Below are positions 9,923 through 20,787 of a stretch of DNA of 64,000 nucleotides, piece after piece (position 1 is the first letter of the stretch; each line of letters starts with the position of its first letter). The notes beneath the pieces are model-generated. The model did not search any database. It saw only the letters and a list, made by a program, of their open reading frames with translations, and was not told the DNA's origin. Both the position numbers and the translations under genes were made by a program. The stretch lies in the NCBI GenBank assembly GCA_011050085.1, contig DRGL01000023.1, forward strand, positions 308,571 to 372,570. Direction: 5' to 3'. The stretch is from Pricia antarctica. Lineage in GTDB: Bacteria; Bacteroidota; Bacteroidia; Flavobacteriales; Flavobacteriaceae.

Positions 9923-10957
9923 ATGAAAGGTGTACTACTCGTGAATCTGGGTTCTCCAGAAAGCCCTACTGCAAAGGCAGTCAAACCCTATCTTGACGAA
10001 TTTTTAATGGACGAACGGGTCATTGATGTGCCCAAATGGCTACGCACTATATTGGTGCGCGGAATTATTCTTCAGACCCGGCCAAAAAAATCAGCAAAGG
10101 CCTATGCCAAGATTTGGTGGGACGAAGGTTCGCCCCTGATTGTCATCTCGGAACGTTTTACGAAAAAGCTACGAAAACACACCGATATGCCTGTCGCCCT
10201 TGGAATGAGCTACGGCACCATGACCATACAGAATGCATTACAGGAACTTAAGGCCAAAGGGGTAGATGATATATTATTGGTACCACTTTATCCGCACTAT
10301 GCCATGTCATCTTATGAAACAGTAGTCGTAAAGACCATGGAAGTACAAAAAGAATTTTTTCCGAACATGCAACTGACCACTCTTCCGGCCTTTTACCACA
10401 ATTCGGAATATATCAAAGCATTATCACAAAGTATTGCGCATGGTTTGCAGGATTTTGAATATGACCATATCCTGTTTTCCTATCATGGCATACCCGAACG
10501 CCATATTCGAAAGTCAGACCCTACCAACTATCATTGTAAAATCGACGGAAGCTGTTGTAGTATTAACTCCGTGGCACATCATACTTGCTACCGTCACCAG
10601 GTCTATGAAACTACCGAATTGGTCAAGGCGGAATTAGGACTGAAGGAAGAAAAAGTCAGTTCATCTTTCCAATCGCGATTAGCAGGTGATCCATGGCTTA
10701 AGCCTTATACAGATTATGAGTTTGAGCGTTTGGCGAAGGAAGGCAAAAAACGCTTAGCGGTTATCACTCCGGCTTTTGTATCGGATTGCCTTGAAACCTT
10801 GGAAGAAATCGCCATGGAGGGCAAGGAGCAGTTTATGGAAGCGGGGGGCGAAAGCTATAAACATATACCCTGTATGAACGATAACGATGCTTGGGTGCAG
10901 GTGATGGCAAATTGGTTAAATACATGGGAAGAAAGCGGTGCGCTACCATCGAATTGA
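9923..10957 (+). CDS. hemH: Ferrochelatase
   Basis: GVLLVNLGSP, LYPHYAMSS, FSYHGIP, SFQSRL..WLKP, FVSDCLETLEEI. Start at MKGVLL. Confidence 0.97.
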   Translation: MKGVLLVNLGSPESPTAKAVKPYLDEFLMDERVIDVPKWLRTILVRGIILQTRPKKSAKAYAKIWWDEGSPLIVISERFTKKLRKHTDMPVALGMSYGTMTIQNALQELKAKGVDDILLVPLYPHYAMSSYETVVVKTMEVQKEFFPNMQLTTLPAFYHNSEYIKALSQSIAHGLQDFEYDHILFSYHGIPERHIRKSDPTNYHCKIDGSCCSINSVAHHTCYRHQVYETTELVKAELGLKEEKVSSSFQSRLAGDPWLKPYTDYEFERLAKEGKKRLAVITPAFVSDCLETLEEIAMEGKEQFMEAGGESYKHIPCMNDNDAWVQVMANWLNTWEESGALPSN

Positions 10958-11115
10958 TACTGCCTTTTTTACACCAAAGATATTTGTAAGGTTCAGCAAG
11001 GATAATTGAACTAAGCTGTTAGATTTAAAATGACGCCGCAAGCTGTTAAAAAAACCTCGATCATTTATAGGTTTACGAAGTCAACTGCCTTGTTCAGTAT
11101 AGCTCTCAATAGTAT

Positions 11116-12504
11116 ATGGCAAAAGTATCTTCAGAACAACTAGGTTCAGAACCGATCGGCAAGCTATTAATTCGTCAATCGGTACCGGCATCAATCGGCA
11201 TTTTGGTGATGTCTCTCAACATTTTGGTTGATTCGATCTTCGTGGGAAACTGGATCGGTTCCATTGCCATTGCCGCTATCAATGTGGTCTTACCCGTATC
11301 CTTTTTCATCGCCGCTTTGGGTATGGCCATCGGCATCGGGGGTTCCAGTATTATTTCCAGGGCGCTCGGTGCCAATAATTACGAAAAGGCACTCAAAACA
11401 TTTGGTAATCAAATCACCTTGACCATACTGGTTACCGTAGTGATGGTCTTTTTAGGACTATTTTATGTCGATACCCTTATTCCAGCATTTGGGGGCAAGG
11501 GAACCATATTCGAACCTGCCAAGGTCTATTATACCATAGTGTTATACGGCGTACCCTTTCTAGCCCTCTGTATGATGGGCAACACGGTGATTCGTGCTGA
11601 AGGAAAGCCAAAATTCGCCATGATTGCCATGATTATTCCCTCGGTGGGGAACCTTTTGATGGATTATATCTTTATTTACATCTTTGATTGGGGTATGGCC
11701 GGTGCTGCGTGGGCAACTACCATTGGATATTTTCTATGCTTTGCCTACATTCTCTATTTCTTTCTATCGAAAAATTCTGAACTCAAAATCAATCCAGCTC
11801 ATTTCGGATTGAATTTGCCCATTTTAAAAGAAATTGGTTCACTAGGCTTTGTTACCCTTGCGCGCCAAGCTGTTGTGAGTATTACGTATCTATTGATGAA
11901 CAATATTCTCTATGGTCTGGGCGGTGAGGCCATGGTAGCTGTCTATGCGATTATAGGCCGTATGCTAATGTTCGCCCTATTTCCCGTATTCGGGGTCACT
12001 CAAGGTTTCTTGCCGATTGCAGGTTTCAATTATGGCGCCGAAAAGTATGACCGGGTCAGAACATCCGTAAATACAGCTATCAAATACGCCGCTATTTTGG
12101 CGAGCATAGTTTTTGTAGGCTTGTTTATCTTCCCAGCTGAAATCGCAGGACTATTCTTAGGCAGCGGCCCCGAAATGTCGGCAGAAAATCTCGCTACCAA
12201 TGCCTATGTTTTAGAGCATACACCTTTGGCCATGCGTCTTGTATTCGCTGCAACTCCGATTATTGCCCTTCAGCTTATCGGCGCGGCCTATTTTCAAGCT
12301 ATCGGCAAGGCTGTTCCCGCCCTACTCTTGACCTTGACCCGACAAGGTTTCTTTTTCATACCCTTAATATTGATTCTACCGCACTATTTTAATGAAATGG
12401 GGGTTTGGATATCATTTCCAATCGCCGATGTATTGGCTACGATAGTCACCGGGTATTACTTACGGAGGGAGTTGAAGCGTACCTTGGTACGCGCAGTTGA
12501 ATAG
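11116..12504 (+). CDS. MATE-family efflux transporter (MepA-like)
   Basis: About 12 TM segments; DSIFVG, RAEGKPK, DYIFI..GMAGAAWAT, NYGA. Confidence 0.93.
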   Translation: MAKVSSEQLGSEPIGKLLIRQSVPASIGILVMSLNILVDSIFVGNWIGSIAIAAINVVLPVSFFIAALGMAIGIGGSSIISRALGANNYEKALKTFGNQITLTILVTVVMVFLGLFYVDTLIPAFGGKGTIFEPAKVYYTIVLYGVPFLALCMMGNTVIRAEGKPKFAMIAMIIPSVGNLLMDYIFIYIFDWGMAGAAWATTIGYFLCFAYILYFFLSKNSELKINPAHFGLNLPILKEIGSLGFVTLARQAVVSITYLLMNNILYGLGGEAMVAVYAIIGRMLMFALFPVFGVTQGFLPIAGFNYGAEKYDRVRTSVNTAIKYAAILASIVFVGLFIFPAEIAGLFLGSGPEMSAENLATNAYVLEHTPLAMRLVFAATPIIALQLIGAAYFQAIGKAVPALLLTLTRQGFFFIPLILILPHYFNEMGVWISFPIADVLATIVTGYYLRRELKRTLVRAVE

Positions 12505-12606
12505 CACTTTATAACTTCACGTTGTATGAAGTGCTGTAAGAACCTTATTTTTCTCGCTTGTGAATATTCTAAATAACAATAGGTTTTAAGTAAAGGGGAA
12601 GTAACT

Positions 12607-13920
12607 TCATTTCATAGGTTCAGCATGCAGAAGCAGCATCCCAGTAGAGGACCTTGGTTTGAAACCAGGCCAATCTTGGGCGTTAGATTCTTCGGGTATA
12701 TCAAGATATTTAGAACTGTCTTTTCCTTTTAGTAGAGAATCAATGAAAGCAGTTACAAAATGTTGATTGACATTGTTGATTTTTCGCTGGTCCCAAGTGG
12801 CATCTGCGTAGCGATAATATTCGTCGATGTGTAAGCCTGGGGCCAAGGCTTCTGTCGGTGGTGGATTAGGGGCTACATTATGCCTTGCGTCTCGATAGGT
12901 TAATAGATAACGATCGGCGTTGACGGCACCTTCATAAATAGCCTTAATTCCTTTTTCGTATCCAGAAATATCATCTTGGCTTCCAGCAACGAATAAAGTT
13001 GGGATTTTTAAGCCTTTTAACCCTTCGGCATCCCACACCCCACGTTCCATTCCCCAAGGGGCAAAAGCTACTACGGCTTTAATTCGTTCATCGGTTTGGG
13101 CTTGATATTCGGTATTACTGGCGGCCAAGGCCTTGATTGCAGTGCTTCCATCGGTCATTCCCCCAAAAAATTCTACCATGACATTACTATATCCAGCTCC
13201 GGCGACGTTCAATACGCCATAACCCCCCATAGAATACCCTATGATTGCGGTGTTTTCGGCATTAATTTTTCCTGATAGTTTATCATCACTATCAGATGTA
13301 CCGAGACGTTCCATCTCATTAAGCACAAAACGGATGTCCTTGGCTCGATTGAGCAATGTACTTTGAAAGGCGTTGGCATCTTTAAAAGTAGAATCAGTGT
13401 GGCCAATAGCGACGACGATATATCCCTTTGAGGCTAAATTTTCTGTTAGGTATGTCATTAAATATCTAGAGCCTACATATCCATGAGAAACTACCACTAA
13501 GGGAAAAGCTTCTTTAGATGTCTTTGGATCGGCATCACGAACTGCCCGTCCTTTGAATGTAAACGGAATCAATGGGCGTAGGGAATCGCCTCGGGTACCC
13601 ATCACTTCTTCATAGACTACGGACGCCTCTATTTCAGAAGGCACTTCCGCAGGATACCAGACCTCAACGGTCAGCGGACGATCGTACATGGCATCTTTAC
13701 CTCCTTTTGAATTCAGGATGTCTACTTGATTGCTATTGACCAAATTCAAGGTGCGCACTCCAACTTGGTGCGGCCCCCTTTCTGAAAGCTCAGGAGCATC
13801 TGGTAACATATCGCCATATAGAAATTCCTGTTTCTGGGCTCGCAATAAGACGCTTGCGCCTAGCGCTAGAACAATAAAGCAAACGATGCATTTATTTGAC
13901 AAAAGGGAAGTATTTTTCAT
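12607..13920 (-). CDS. Secreted alpha/beta hydrolase (predicted dienelactone hydrolase / PAF-acetylhydrolase-like)
   Basis: Signal peptide; PLVVVSHG, GYSMGG nucleophile elbow, GSQDD, ARHN. Confidence 0.82.
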   Translation of the reverse strand: MKNTSLLSNKCIVCFIVLALGASVLLRAQKQEFLYGDMLPDAPELSERGPHQVGVRTLNLVNSNQVDILNSKGGKDAMYDRPLTVEVWYPAEVPSEIEASVVYEEVMGTRGDSLRPLIPFTFKGRAVRDADPKTSKEAFPLVVVSHGYVGSRYLMTYLTENLASKGYIVVAIGHTDSTFKDANAFQSTLLNRAKDIRFVLNEMERLGTSDSDDKLSGKINAENTAIIGYSMGGYGVLNVAGAGYSNVMVEFFGGMTDGSTAIKALAASNTEYQAQTDERIKAVVAFAPWGMERGVWDAEGLKGLKIPTLFVAGSQDDISGYEKGIKAIYEGAVNADRYLLTYRDARHNVAPNPPPTEALAPGLHIDEYYRYADATWDQRKINNVNQHFVTAFIDSLLKGKDSSKYLDIPEESNAQDWPGFKPRSSTGMLLLHAEPMK

Positions 13921-14064
13921 AAAAGTCGATTGAGTACTAAATGTAAGTAATTAAAATAGAGAAAAAGGCTAAGCTAAGGCGTGACAACTCAATATCAAAT
14001 GATTATTTCATTGCGGCATCGGATAAATTAAAAAAGTAATTAAAATATTTATATAAACATCTTC

Positions 14065-16377
14065 TTAAAACCAATATCCCAAACTAAAAAAGAAATTACT
14101 GTTCTTACCTTCAGGTGACCAAGCATAATGAACCTGTAAAGGCCCCAAGAAAGATTCCCATCCGTAACCCACACCATATCCTGAGTAGTCGGGAAGTGTG
14201 AACCACTCGCTTGTTCTGAAAATATCATCATCGACATTGGCGAAATTTGCCGTGAACATAAGGTGGTGTTTTGTTATAAATTCATAATCTAGTCTTGAGT
14301 AGGCCTTTACAAAACTGTTACCAGGCAGACTAATAAAATCATATCCAAAAAATGGAACGAAATTATTTATGGCATCACTACCGAAACCTCCTAGAAAGAA
14401 ATCGAAGCTGGTCACTTCGGAGGTTCCCAGCTTGAAACCGCCCTCAGTCTCAACATTTAAGGAAAGATTTTTTAAAAATGGAACGGCGGCGCCAATGCGT
14501 CCCTTTGTGATAGAGAACTCCTTAAAGTTATCATTAAAGTCGGAAGAGAAAACGTAAAAATGAAAGTCACCGGCTAAGTATAGTCCCTTTGAAGGAAAAT
14601 AGGCATTGTTATAGGTATCGAGCGTCAACTTGCCGAACGCGCTATAGAAATTACTATTTTCGAATAAAGTTTTTCCGTCAACGGTTTGCTGTCCCAAGGG
14701 ATCCTCACCTTCGCCACGTTGTGCCAAAGTTCTGGTGCCGTACTTTATCAGTTTATGTTCTATACCTGTTCTAAAAGCGAATTCTTCGCGTAACACAGTC
14801 TCTACGTAAATTTGATTCGTAAGGTCGGTAACGTCTATATTAATAGTACTCAAGTTGACACCCTGAGGTACATCGAAATTACCTCGGATTATATCAAAAT
14901 CTATTTCTTTATTGAAATCATTGAACCTTGAATTCAGTCCGAAACTCCAATAGGATCCTTTATCAAGATAGTATTGAAAATTATACCGTACGTTATCTCC
15001 TATTATTAAATCGAACGAGAGTACATCATCTTGTGACAATAATTCTTTCCGCGTAACGTTCAACATAGCTGCCGTTTTATATAGGTCGTCATAATGGGCC
15101 CCCAATCGCACAAATGTCTTTACGGGATTTTCGGTAAGATCTAAAATCAATTCTTCGCCTTCCTGATTATCTTGTAATTGGTAATGTATGGTCTGAAAAT
15201 TTTTGGTTGCTGCTAAATTACCCACTCCTTGTTGTAGCCGTGAAAAAGTAGTTTCTTTATCGTTTCCCAAACGAAGTTTTCCTTTAATATAACCTCTTGA
15301 ATAATCGGCACTTCCAATTAAGGTCAAACGGTCAATTATTAAATTTTCCGAAGGCATTACCTTAGCTATAGTTCTATTTGCGCTGTGCTGTACTAGGGCA
15401 AGTTTTTTTAGTTCCTCAAAACTTTTTTCAGCAGCGACGCTACCACTTTCAATAATGCGGTCGTAGAGATTAAAATCGATGACGGAAAATTTAGAAACTT
15501 CAGGCCTTATATAAATATCGGTTAGTTTCGATTTTTCTTCCATATCAAGAACGGTACGGTAATTATTAATCTGCATCAAGATTTCAGTAGCAGATATTAA
15601 ACCATCTCGCTTTCTTAGTCCATGTTGCACATCGACACCTATAATGATATCCGCCCCCATCTCCTTGACCTTTTGAATTGGATAATTATTGACCACGCCA
15701 CCATCGATCAACAGACGGTCTCCGATTTTTACTGGTTCAAAAAGCGAAGGTAAAGCACCACTTGCCATAACCGATAAGGGTAAGTATCCTTCCGTTAGAA
15801 CGACCTCTTCGCCCGTTTCTACATCGGTAGCCAAGCAGAGAAAGGGTATTGGTAATTTATCAAATTCGGTAATATTCTTGACAGGATAAAGCAGTTTCAC
15901 CAACTCATTATATACATTTTGACCGCCAGAGTAAGCTGGTGGCGCAGAAACCTTGAAATTGTTAAAAGGTAAGGTTATTGCATATCTTTCTGAATCTTCC
16001 TTTTCATAAAATGTTTTGGCACTTCGCGGAAGATTATCTTCTATCAAATTAGTGAAGTCGGTGGTGCGAAAAATCGAATCAAGTTCCGTAGCCGTATATC
16101 CAGCAGCGTATAGCGCCCCAACGATCGCACCTATGCTGGTACCACCGATATAATCTATCTTAACACCTGCTTCTTCAATAACTTTGAGCGCACCGATGTG
16201 AGCAAGCCCCTTTGCCCCGCCACCACTCAGCACCAACCCGATTTTCAAGTCTTTTTTGGCTGTGTCTTGAGCGATAGCAATAGGGCTTGCACCTAAGAGT
16301 ATAACTAAAAATAAAAGCTTCTTCAAGGTATCAAATTTAGGTAGACTTATTGACGTTGAGCCGTTAATGGGTGTCAA
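14065..16377 (-). CDS. Patatin-like phospholipase with POTRA-like and C-terminal beta-barrel domains (PlpD-like)
   Basis: LSGGGAKG, GTSIG, DGG motifs; C-terminal ...FFFSLGYWF barrel signature. True start is possibly TTG at 16326. Confidence 0.88.
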   Translation of the reverse strand: MTPINGSTSISLPKFDTLKKLLFLVILLGASPIAIAQDTAKKDLKIGLVLSGGGAKGLAHIGALKVIEEAGVKIDYIGGTSIGAIVGALYAAGYTATELDSIFRTTDFTNLIEDNLPRSAKTFYEKEDSERYAITLPFNNFKVSAPPAYSGGQNVYNELVKLLYPVKNITEFDKLPIPFLCLATDVETGEEVVLTEGYLPLSVMASGALPSLFEPVKIGDRLLIDGGVVNNYPIQKVKEMGADIIIGVDVQHGLRKRDGLISATEILMQINNYRTVLDMEEKSKLTDIYIRPEVSKFSVIDFNLYDRIIESGSVAAEKSFEELKKLALVQHSANRTIAKVMPSENLIIDRLTLIGSADYSRGYIKGKLRLGNDKETTFSRLQQGVGNLAATKNFQTIHYQLQDNQEGEELILDLTENPVKTFVRLGAHYDDLYKTAAMLNVTRKELLSQDDVLSFDLIIGDNVRYNFQYYLDKGSYWSFGLNSRFNDFNKEIDFDIIRGNFDVPQGVNLSTINIDVTDLTNQIYVETVLREEFAFRTGIEHKLIKYGTRTLAQRGEGEDPLGQQTVDGKTLFENSNFYSAFGKLTLDTYNNAYFPSKGLYLAGDFHFYVFSSDFNDNFKEFSITKGRIGAAVPFLKNLSLNVETEGGFKLGTSEVTSFDFFLGGFGSDAINNFVPFFGYDFISLPGNSFVKAYSRLDYEFITKHHLMFTANFANVDDDIFRTSEWFTLPDYSGYGVGYGWESFLGPLQVHYAWSPEGKNSNFFFSLGYWF

Positions 16378-16413
16378 AAAGAATAAAAAATTAAATTCAA
16401 TATCAGCGCCGCC

Positions 16414-18201
16414 TTAATTGAACGTCTCGTATATTTTTTTGGCTTTTGCAATCCCAACAGATTCCGCCAACATTTCCATGGATGCCGTTTTGATACGTTT
16501 AACCGATTTGAAGGTTTTTAATAATTCTTGTGCGGTTTTCTTCCCGACCCCATCAATACCTTCCAATTCAGAATTGATGGCCGCTTTGCTACGTTTTTGA
16601 CGATGAAAGTTAATCCCAAAACGGTGCGCCTCATTCCGCAGCTGTTGGATAATTTTAAGGGATTCCGATTTCTTATCGAGATACAGGGGAATGGGATCTT
16701 CTGGAAAATAAATTTCCTCTAGCCGTTTTGCGATACCTATAATTGCAATCGTTCCGCGAAGTCCTAAAATGTCTAAACTTTTTAAGGCAGACGACAATTG
16801 TCCTTTGCCCCCATCTATTACAATCAATTGCGGAAGAGGCTCTTCTTCTGCCAATAAACGTTTATATCTTCGAAATACGACTTCCTCCATAGAGGCAAAG
16901 TCATCAGGGCCTTCGACAGTCTTAATATTGTAATGACGATACTCCTTTTTTGAAGGCTTTCCATTTCTGAAAACCACGCAAGCAGCCACCGGATTACTAC
17001 CTTGAATATTACTATTATCAAAACATTCTATATGCCTAGGTTCCGCTGCAAGCCTTACGTCTTTTTGCATCTGCGCCATGATACGGTTGGTATGCCTATC
17101 GGGATCGATAATCTTGATCTGTTTAAAACGTTCTTGCCTAAAAAACTTGGCGTTTCGTTCCGATAGGTCTACAATCTTTTTCTTGTCTCCCAACTTCGGA
17201 ACGCTCACCTTCAAATGAGGTTCGACCGTAACCTCAAAAGGTAGATAGAGTTCAGTAGAATGCGATTTAAAACGCTGACGTATCTCAACAATGGCCAACT
17301 GCAGAAGATCCGCATCACTCTCATCCAGCTTTTTCTTAATTTCTAAGGTATGTGAGCGAATAATAGAACCATGGGATAACTGTAAAAAATTGACGTAGGC
17401 ATGAGATTCATCCGAGATGATGGAAAACACATCAACGTTATTGATTTTCGGATTTACTATAGTTGATTTGACCTGATAGTTTTCCAAAACATCGATTTTG
17501 TCCTTAATGAGCTGAGCCTCCTCAAATTTCATGTCCGCGGCCAGCGCTTTCATTCGATGTTTGAAATACTGCATTGAGGACTTAAAATTCCCTTTAATGA
17601 TTTCTCGAATATCATTCATTTGAGAATGGTATTCCTCCGCTTCCTGCATGCCTTCGCATGGGCCTTTGCAATTACCCAAATGATATTCAAGGCATACTTT
17701 ATATTTATCCGCTTGTATTTTTTCTTTTGAAAGGTCGTAATTACAGGTTCGTAGCGGATAAACGCTTTTCACTAAGTCCAAAAGCGTACGCACCGTTTTC
17801 ATACTTGTATAAGGTCCGAAATACTCCGACCCGTCCTTGATAAGCTTTCTTGTAGGAAATATTCTGGGGAAGCGCTCATTTTTTATACAGATCCAAGGAT
17901 ATGATTTATCGTCTTTGAGCAATACATTGTAACGTGGCCGGTATTTTTTAATCAAATTGTTTTCCAGGAGTAGCGCATCTGATTCTGTAGGAACCACTAT
18001 ATGTTTTATACGGCGAATTTTTTTAACCATGACGCGGGTCTTGCCATACTCATGTTTTTTGGTGAAATAAGAAGAAACACGCTTTTTTAAATTCTTGGCC
18101 TTACCTACGTATAGAATTTTTTCATCAATGTCATAGAATTGATATACCCCTGGACCATTTGGCAGGGTACTCAATTGAATTTCAATAGGCATTGAAGACA
18201 T
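16414..18201 (-). CDS. uvrC: Excinuclease ABC subunit C
   Basis: GIY-YIG (PGVYQFY..LYVGKAKNLKKRVSSYF), ECFDNSN, DDFASM, IDGGKGQ, C-terminal HhH. Confidence 0.98.
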   Translation of the reverse strand: MSSMPIEIQLSTLPNGPGVYQFYDIDEKILYVGKAKNLKKRVSSYFTKKHEYGKTRVMVKKIRRIKHIVVPTESDALLLENNLIKKYRPRYNVLLKDDKSYPWICIKNERFPRIFPTRKLIKDGSEYFGPYTSMKTVRTLLDLVKSVYPLRTCNYDLSKEKIQADKYKVCLEYHLGNCKGPCEGMQEAEEYHSQMNDIREIIKGNFKSSMQYFKHRMKALAADMKFEEAQLIKDKIDVLENYQVKSTIVNPKINNVDVFSIISDESHAYVNFLQLSHGSIIRSHTLEIKKKLDESDADLLQLAIVEIRQRFKSHSTELYLPFEVTVEPHLKVSVPKLGDKKKIVDLSERNAKFFRQERFKQIKIIDPDRHTNRIMAQMQKDVRLAAEPRHIECFDNSNIQGSNPVAACVVFRNGKPSKKEYRHYNIKTVEGPDDFASMEEVVFRRYKRLLAEEEPLPQLIVIDGGKGQLSSALKSLDILGLRGTIAIIGIAKRLEEIYFPEDPIPLYLDKKSESLKIIQQLRNEAHRFGINFHRQKRSKAAINSELEGIDGVGKKTAQELLKTFKSVKRIKTASMEMLAESVGIAKAKKIYETFN

Positions 18202-18541
18202 TCAGACTGTATTTTAATTAGGCTATTAAGAGAATTGTAAAGTTATAATACTCCGTTCAAATAGTATAAACGGAATAGTGATTTTCTTCGTGATTGCGAT
18301 TGCTGGAAATATTTATCTATCTAGAATGTACATTCTAAATTGTATTACATCTGCGTAAGTGTTTACTTTCGAAAGATTGCCTTTATAATGACAACTAGCA
18401 ATTCTGCGATTTTCCAAGCTTATTAACATTAAAAAGTTAAAAATTATATAAAACATGCATTTCATCGATAAAAAGTTGCTTTTAGCGGTGATGTTAACCA
18501 TTTATTTACCTATTTTTAACGTATCAAAATCACCTACCCCC

Positions 18542-18634
18542 ATGGATAAATATATAATTACCCTCGTATTGTACCTATTATTGATGGTTTCTTTTAAGCT
18601 GTATTACTACGTGAACGCCAAAGATAAAATCTAA
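18542..18634 (+). CDS. Putative 30-aa single-TM small protein (below the ORF-track cutoff)
   Basis: MDKYIITLVLYLLLMVSFKLYYYVNAKDKI*: one hydrophobic helix and a charged tail, preceded by an A/C-rich leader. Confidence 0.4.
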   Translation: MDKYIITLVLYLLLMVSFKLYYYVNAKDKI

Positions 18635-18699
18635 TTGTTGCTTCATATTAGTTTTAAAACGGATTAGAACTCGTTCTTTTCGTCGGTTGATGACCAAAC

Positions 18700-19275
18700 A
18701 TGATAAAGAAAGTTTTAAGGGCTTTGTATAAAAGTCGGCGAAAAGCTATATCATCTGATAATCTCTCGGACGGAAGTTTGGCTATAGCCAACTCGTTGTT
18801 AAAATTACCTATTTGGCACTTAGATTATTTTCATCTGTTTCTTCCTATCTCCCATCAAACTGAAATTGACACACATTTTGTGCTCTCAATGCTTCAGGGA
18901 AGAGATAAAAATGTTGTTATTCCGAAAATGGTAAATGGGAATGACCTTAAACATTACCTATTGACCGATGCCACAAAGTTTCGATTGAATAAGTGGCAAA
19001 TTCCAGAACCCATTGATGGTATAGAATTAGGAGTAGATACTATTGAAGTCGTATTCATTCCTCTGCTGGCCTTTGATTTAAAAGGAAACCGAGTAGGTTA
19101 CGGAAAAGGATTTTACGACAAGTTTCTCAGTAAATGTCGAAAGGATGTGGTTAAAATAGGACTGTCCTTATTTGAGGCTGAAACCATCATTGATGACATT
19201 AGTTTAGATGATGTTGCTTTGGACTACTGCATAACGCCAAATACAATTTACTCTTTTTCGGTGCGGGATACATAA
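18700..19275 (+). CDS. ygfA: 5-formyltetrahydrofolate cyclo-ligase
   Basis: WQIPEP, FIPLLAFDLKGNRVGYGKGFYDKFL, DVALDYCITP. Confidence 0.95.
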   Translation: MIKKVLRALYKSRRKAISSDNLSDGSLAIANSLLKLPIWHLDYFHLFLPISHQTEIDTHFVLSMLQGRDKNVVIPKMVNGNDLKHYLLTDATKFRLNKWQIPEPIDGIELGVDTIEVVFIPLLAFDLKGNRVGYGKGFYDKFLSKCRKDVVKIGLSLFEAETIIDDISLDDVALDYCITPNTIYSFSVRDT

Positions 19276-19919
19276 TCATCCCAACTATCAGTATATGGCT
19301 CTTTATCCACTTTTCTGAATGCACGTTTATTAAATACGATTAGAATACCAACGCCAGTACTAATTGCCATATCGGCAATATTAAATACGGGTTCAAAAAA
19401 TCGAAAATCCGTACCTCCAAAATACGGAACCCACTCGGGCCACGTCGTATCAATTATCGGAAAATATAGCATATCTACAACTTTGCCGTAAAATAAATCC
19501 CCGTAAGGCCTATCCGTAAATACGGTAGCTACTTCTTGATAACTGTCATTGAAGAGCATCCCATAAAATACAGAATCAATGATGTTGCCTAATGCTCCTG
19601 CAAATATCAGGGATACGGCCCAAATTAGGGTTTTGGAAGATTTCTTTCGAACAGTATCGTAAAGCCAATATCCGATACCGGCAACCGCAAATAGTCGGAA
19701 TACGGTCAATATCAGTTTACCAGTCGATTCCGAGACCGGCAAAAAATCACTAAGTTTTGCTCCCCATGCAGCACCGGAATTTTCGATGAATAAGATTTTA
19801 AACCAAGAGAAAACAGCTACGGATTCTCCCAATACGAAATGGGTTTTTATGTAGAATTTACTTATTTGGTCTATCAACAATAGAACCGCTATAATTAGCA
19901 CCGACTTTTTTAGACTCAT
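19248..19919 (-). CDS. lspA: Lipoprotein signal peptidase (SPase II), Bacteroidota type
   Basis: DQISK, ENSGAAWG, GALGNIIDS, GKVVDM, FNIADMAI. Confidence 0.95.
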   Translation of the reverse strand: MSLKKSVLIIAVLLLIDQISKFYIKTHFVLGESVAVFSWFKILFIENSGAAWGAKLSDFLPVSESTGKLILTVFRLFAVAGIGYWLYDTVRKKSSKTLIWAVSLIFAGALGNIIDSVFYGMLFNDSYQEVATVFTDRPYGDLFYGKVVDMLYFPIIDTTWPEWVPYFGGTDFRFFEPVFNIADMAISTGVGILIVFNKRAFRKVDKEPYTDSWDDYVSRTEKE

Positions 19920-19965
19920 AGTTTCGGATAGAAATTAGGGGCAAAAATAGTCATATTAGGGCATT

Positions 19966-20583
19966 TTAATTGATTTTATTAAGAAGTATGTCGCCGGTTA
20001 CGGAGTGTATATCGTAAAAACTATCGCCAAAAGGAACAATATTTTTCCCAACATTACCATATTTACTCGAAGCCCTTATTTTACCGCTGTCGGCAAGAAT
20101 AGAAATATTTCCGCTTTGAGTGGCAACCTTTGCTGTACCTTGTATGTTCTCTAAGGCACATCTGCCATCGCTCAAGGTTATCGTAATCGTATCATAGTTT
20201 CCTTTAGCGGATACATTACATTCCGTTCCATATATAAGCACTTTTTTATGTTCTGGCAATGAAACCTTCAGGGCGATAGATATAACTTTATGTGCACTGA
20301 GTTTGTCGTTCGGTTTAGTGAAGTTTGTAAAAAAACCACTATTTACAAAAAGAGTATTACCGGATTGATCGATGTTTACCAATATTTCTTTACTGTACTC
20401 CCCATCAATACTAGCTTCAATAAGCATCTCATTGCCAATTACCGTATTGATCGATATTTGGTAAATATCACTGACATCTAGGTTAACAACTTCGATGTCA
20501 GGATTAATAATTGATTTTTTGACTATTTTTTGGGCAGGAAGGATATTTACCACGAATAAAAAAAGTAGATATATCCGTGCCAT
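19966..20583 (-). CDS. Secreted hypothetical protein, DUF4097-like beta-strand repeats
   Basis: Signal peptide; repeated T/S-x-S-G-x-I motifs (TQSGNI, SKYGNV, SVTGDI). Confidence 0.55.
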   Translation of the reverse strand: MARIYLLFLFVVNILPAQKIVKKSIINPDIEVVNLDVSDIYQISINTVIGNEMLIEASIDGEYSKEILVNIDQSGNTLFVNSGFFTNFTKPNDKLSAHKVISIALKVSLPEHKKVLIYGTECNVSAKGNYDTITITLSDGRCALENIQGTAKVATQSGNISILADSGKIRASSKYGNVGKNIVPFGDSFYDIHSVTGDILLNKIN

Positions 20584-20787
20584 TATTGCGGATTATAAAC
20601 TTAGAGAAATACCGTCAAAAAAAAACTATTTCTGGTAGTATGGCAATACCCTATGGAAATATCGCTAGACGTATTGTACTAAGTTTGTTAAGGTGTACCA
20701 ACTTTACAGAAATCTATAAAATCAAAAATCGACTAAAATTTTCGACCGAAATCAACGTAGTATGTTTACCTGAAAAATTGGGGCTTG

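Noticed and set aside
12560-12580. Fur-like half site (attctaaataa) after the MATE gene
   Set aside because: Half site only, between convergent 3' ends.
19248-19275. 28-bp convergent overlap of ygfA and lspA
   Set aside because: Short 3' overlaps are common; no further signal.
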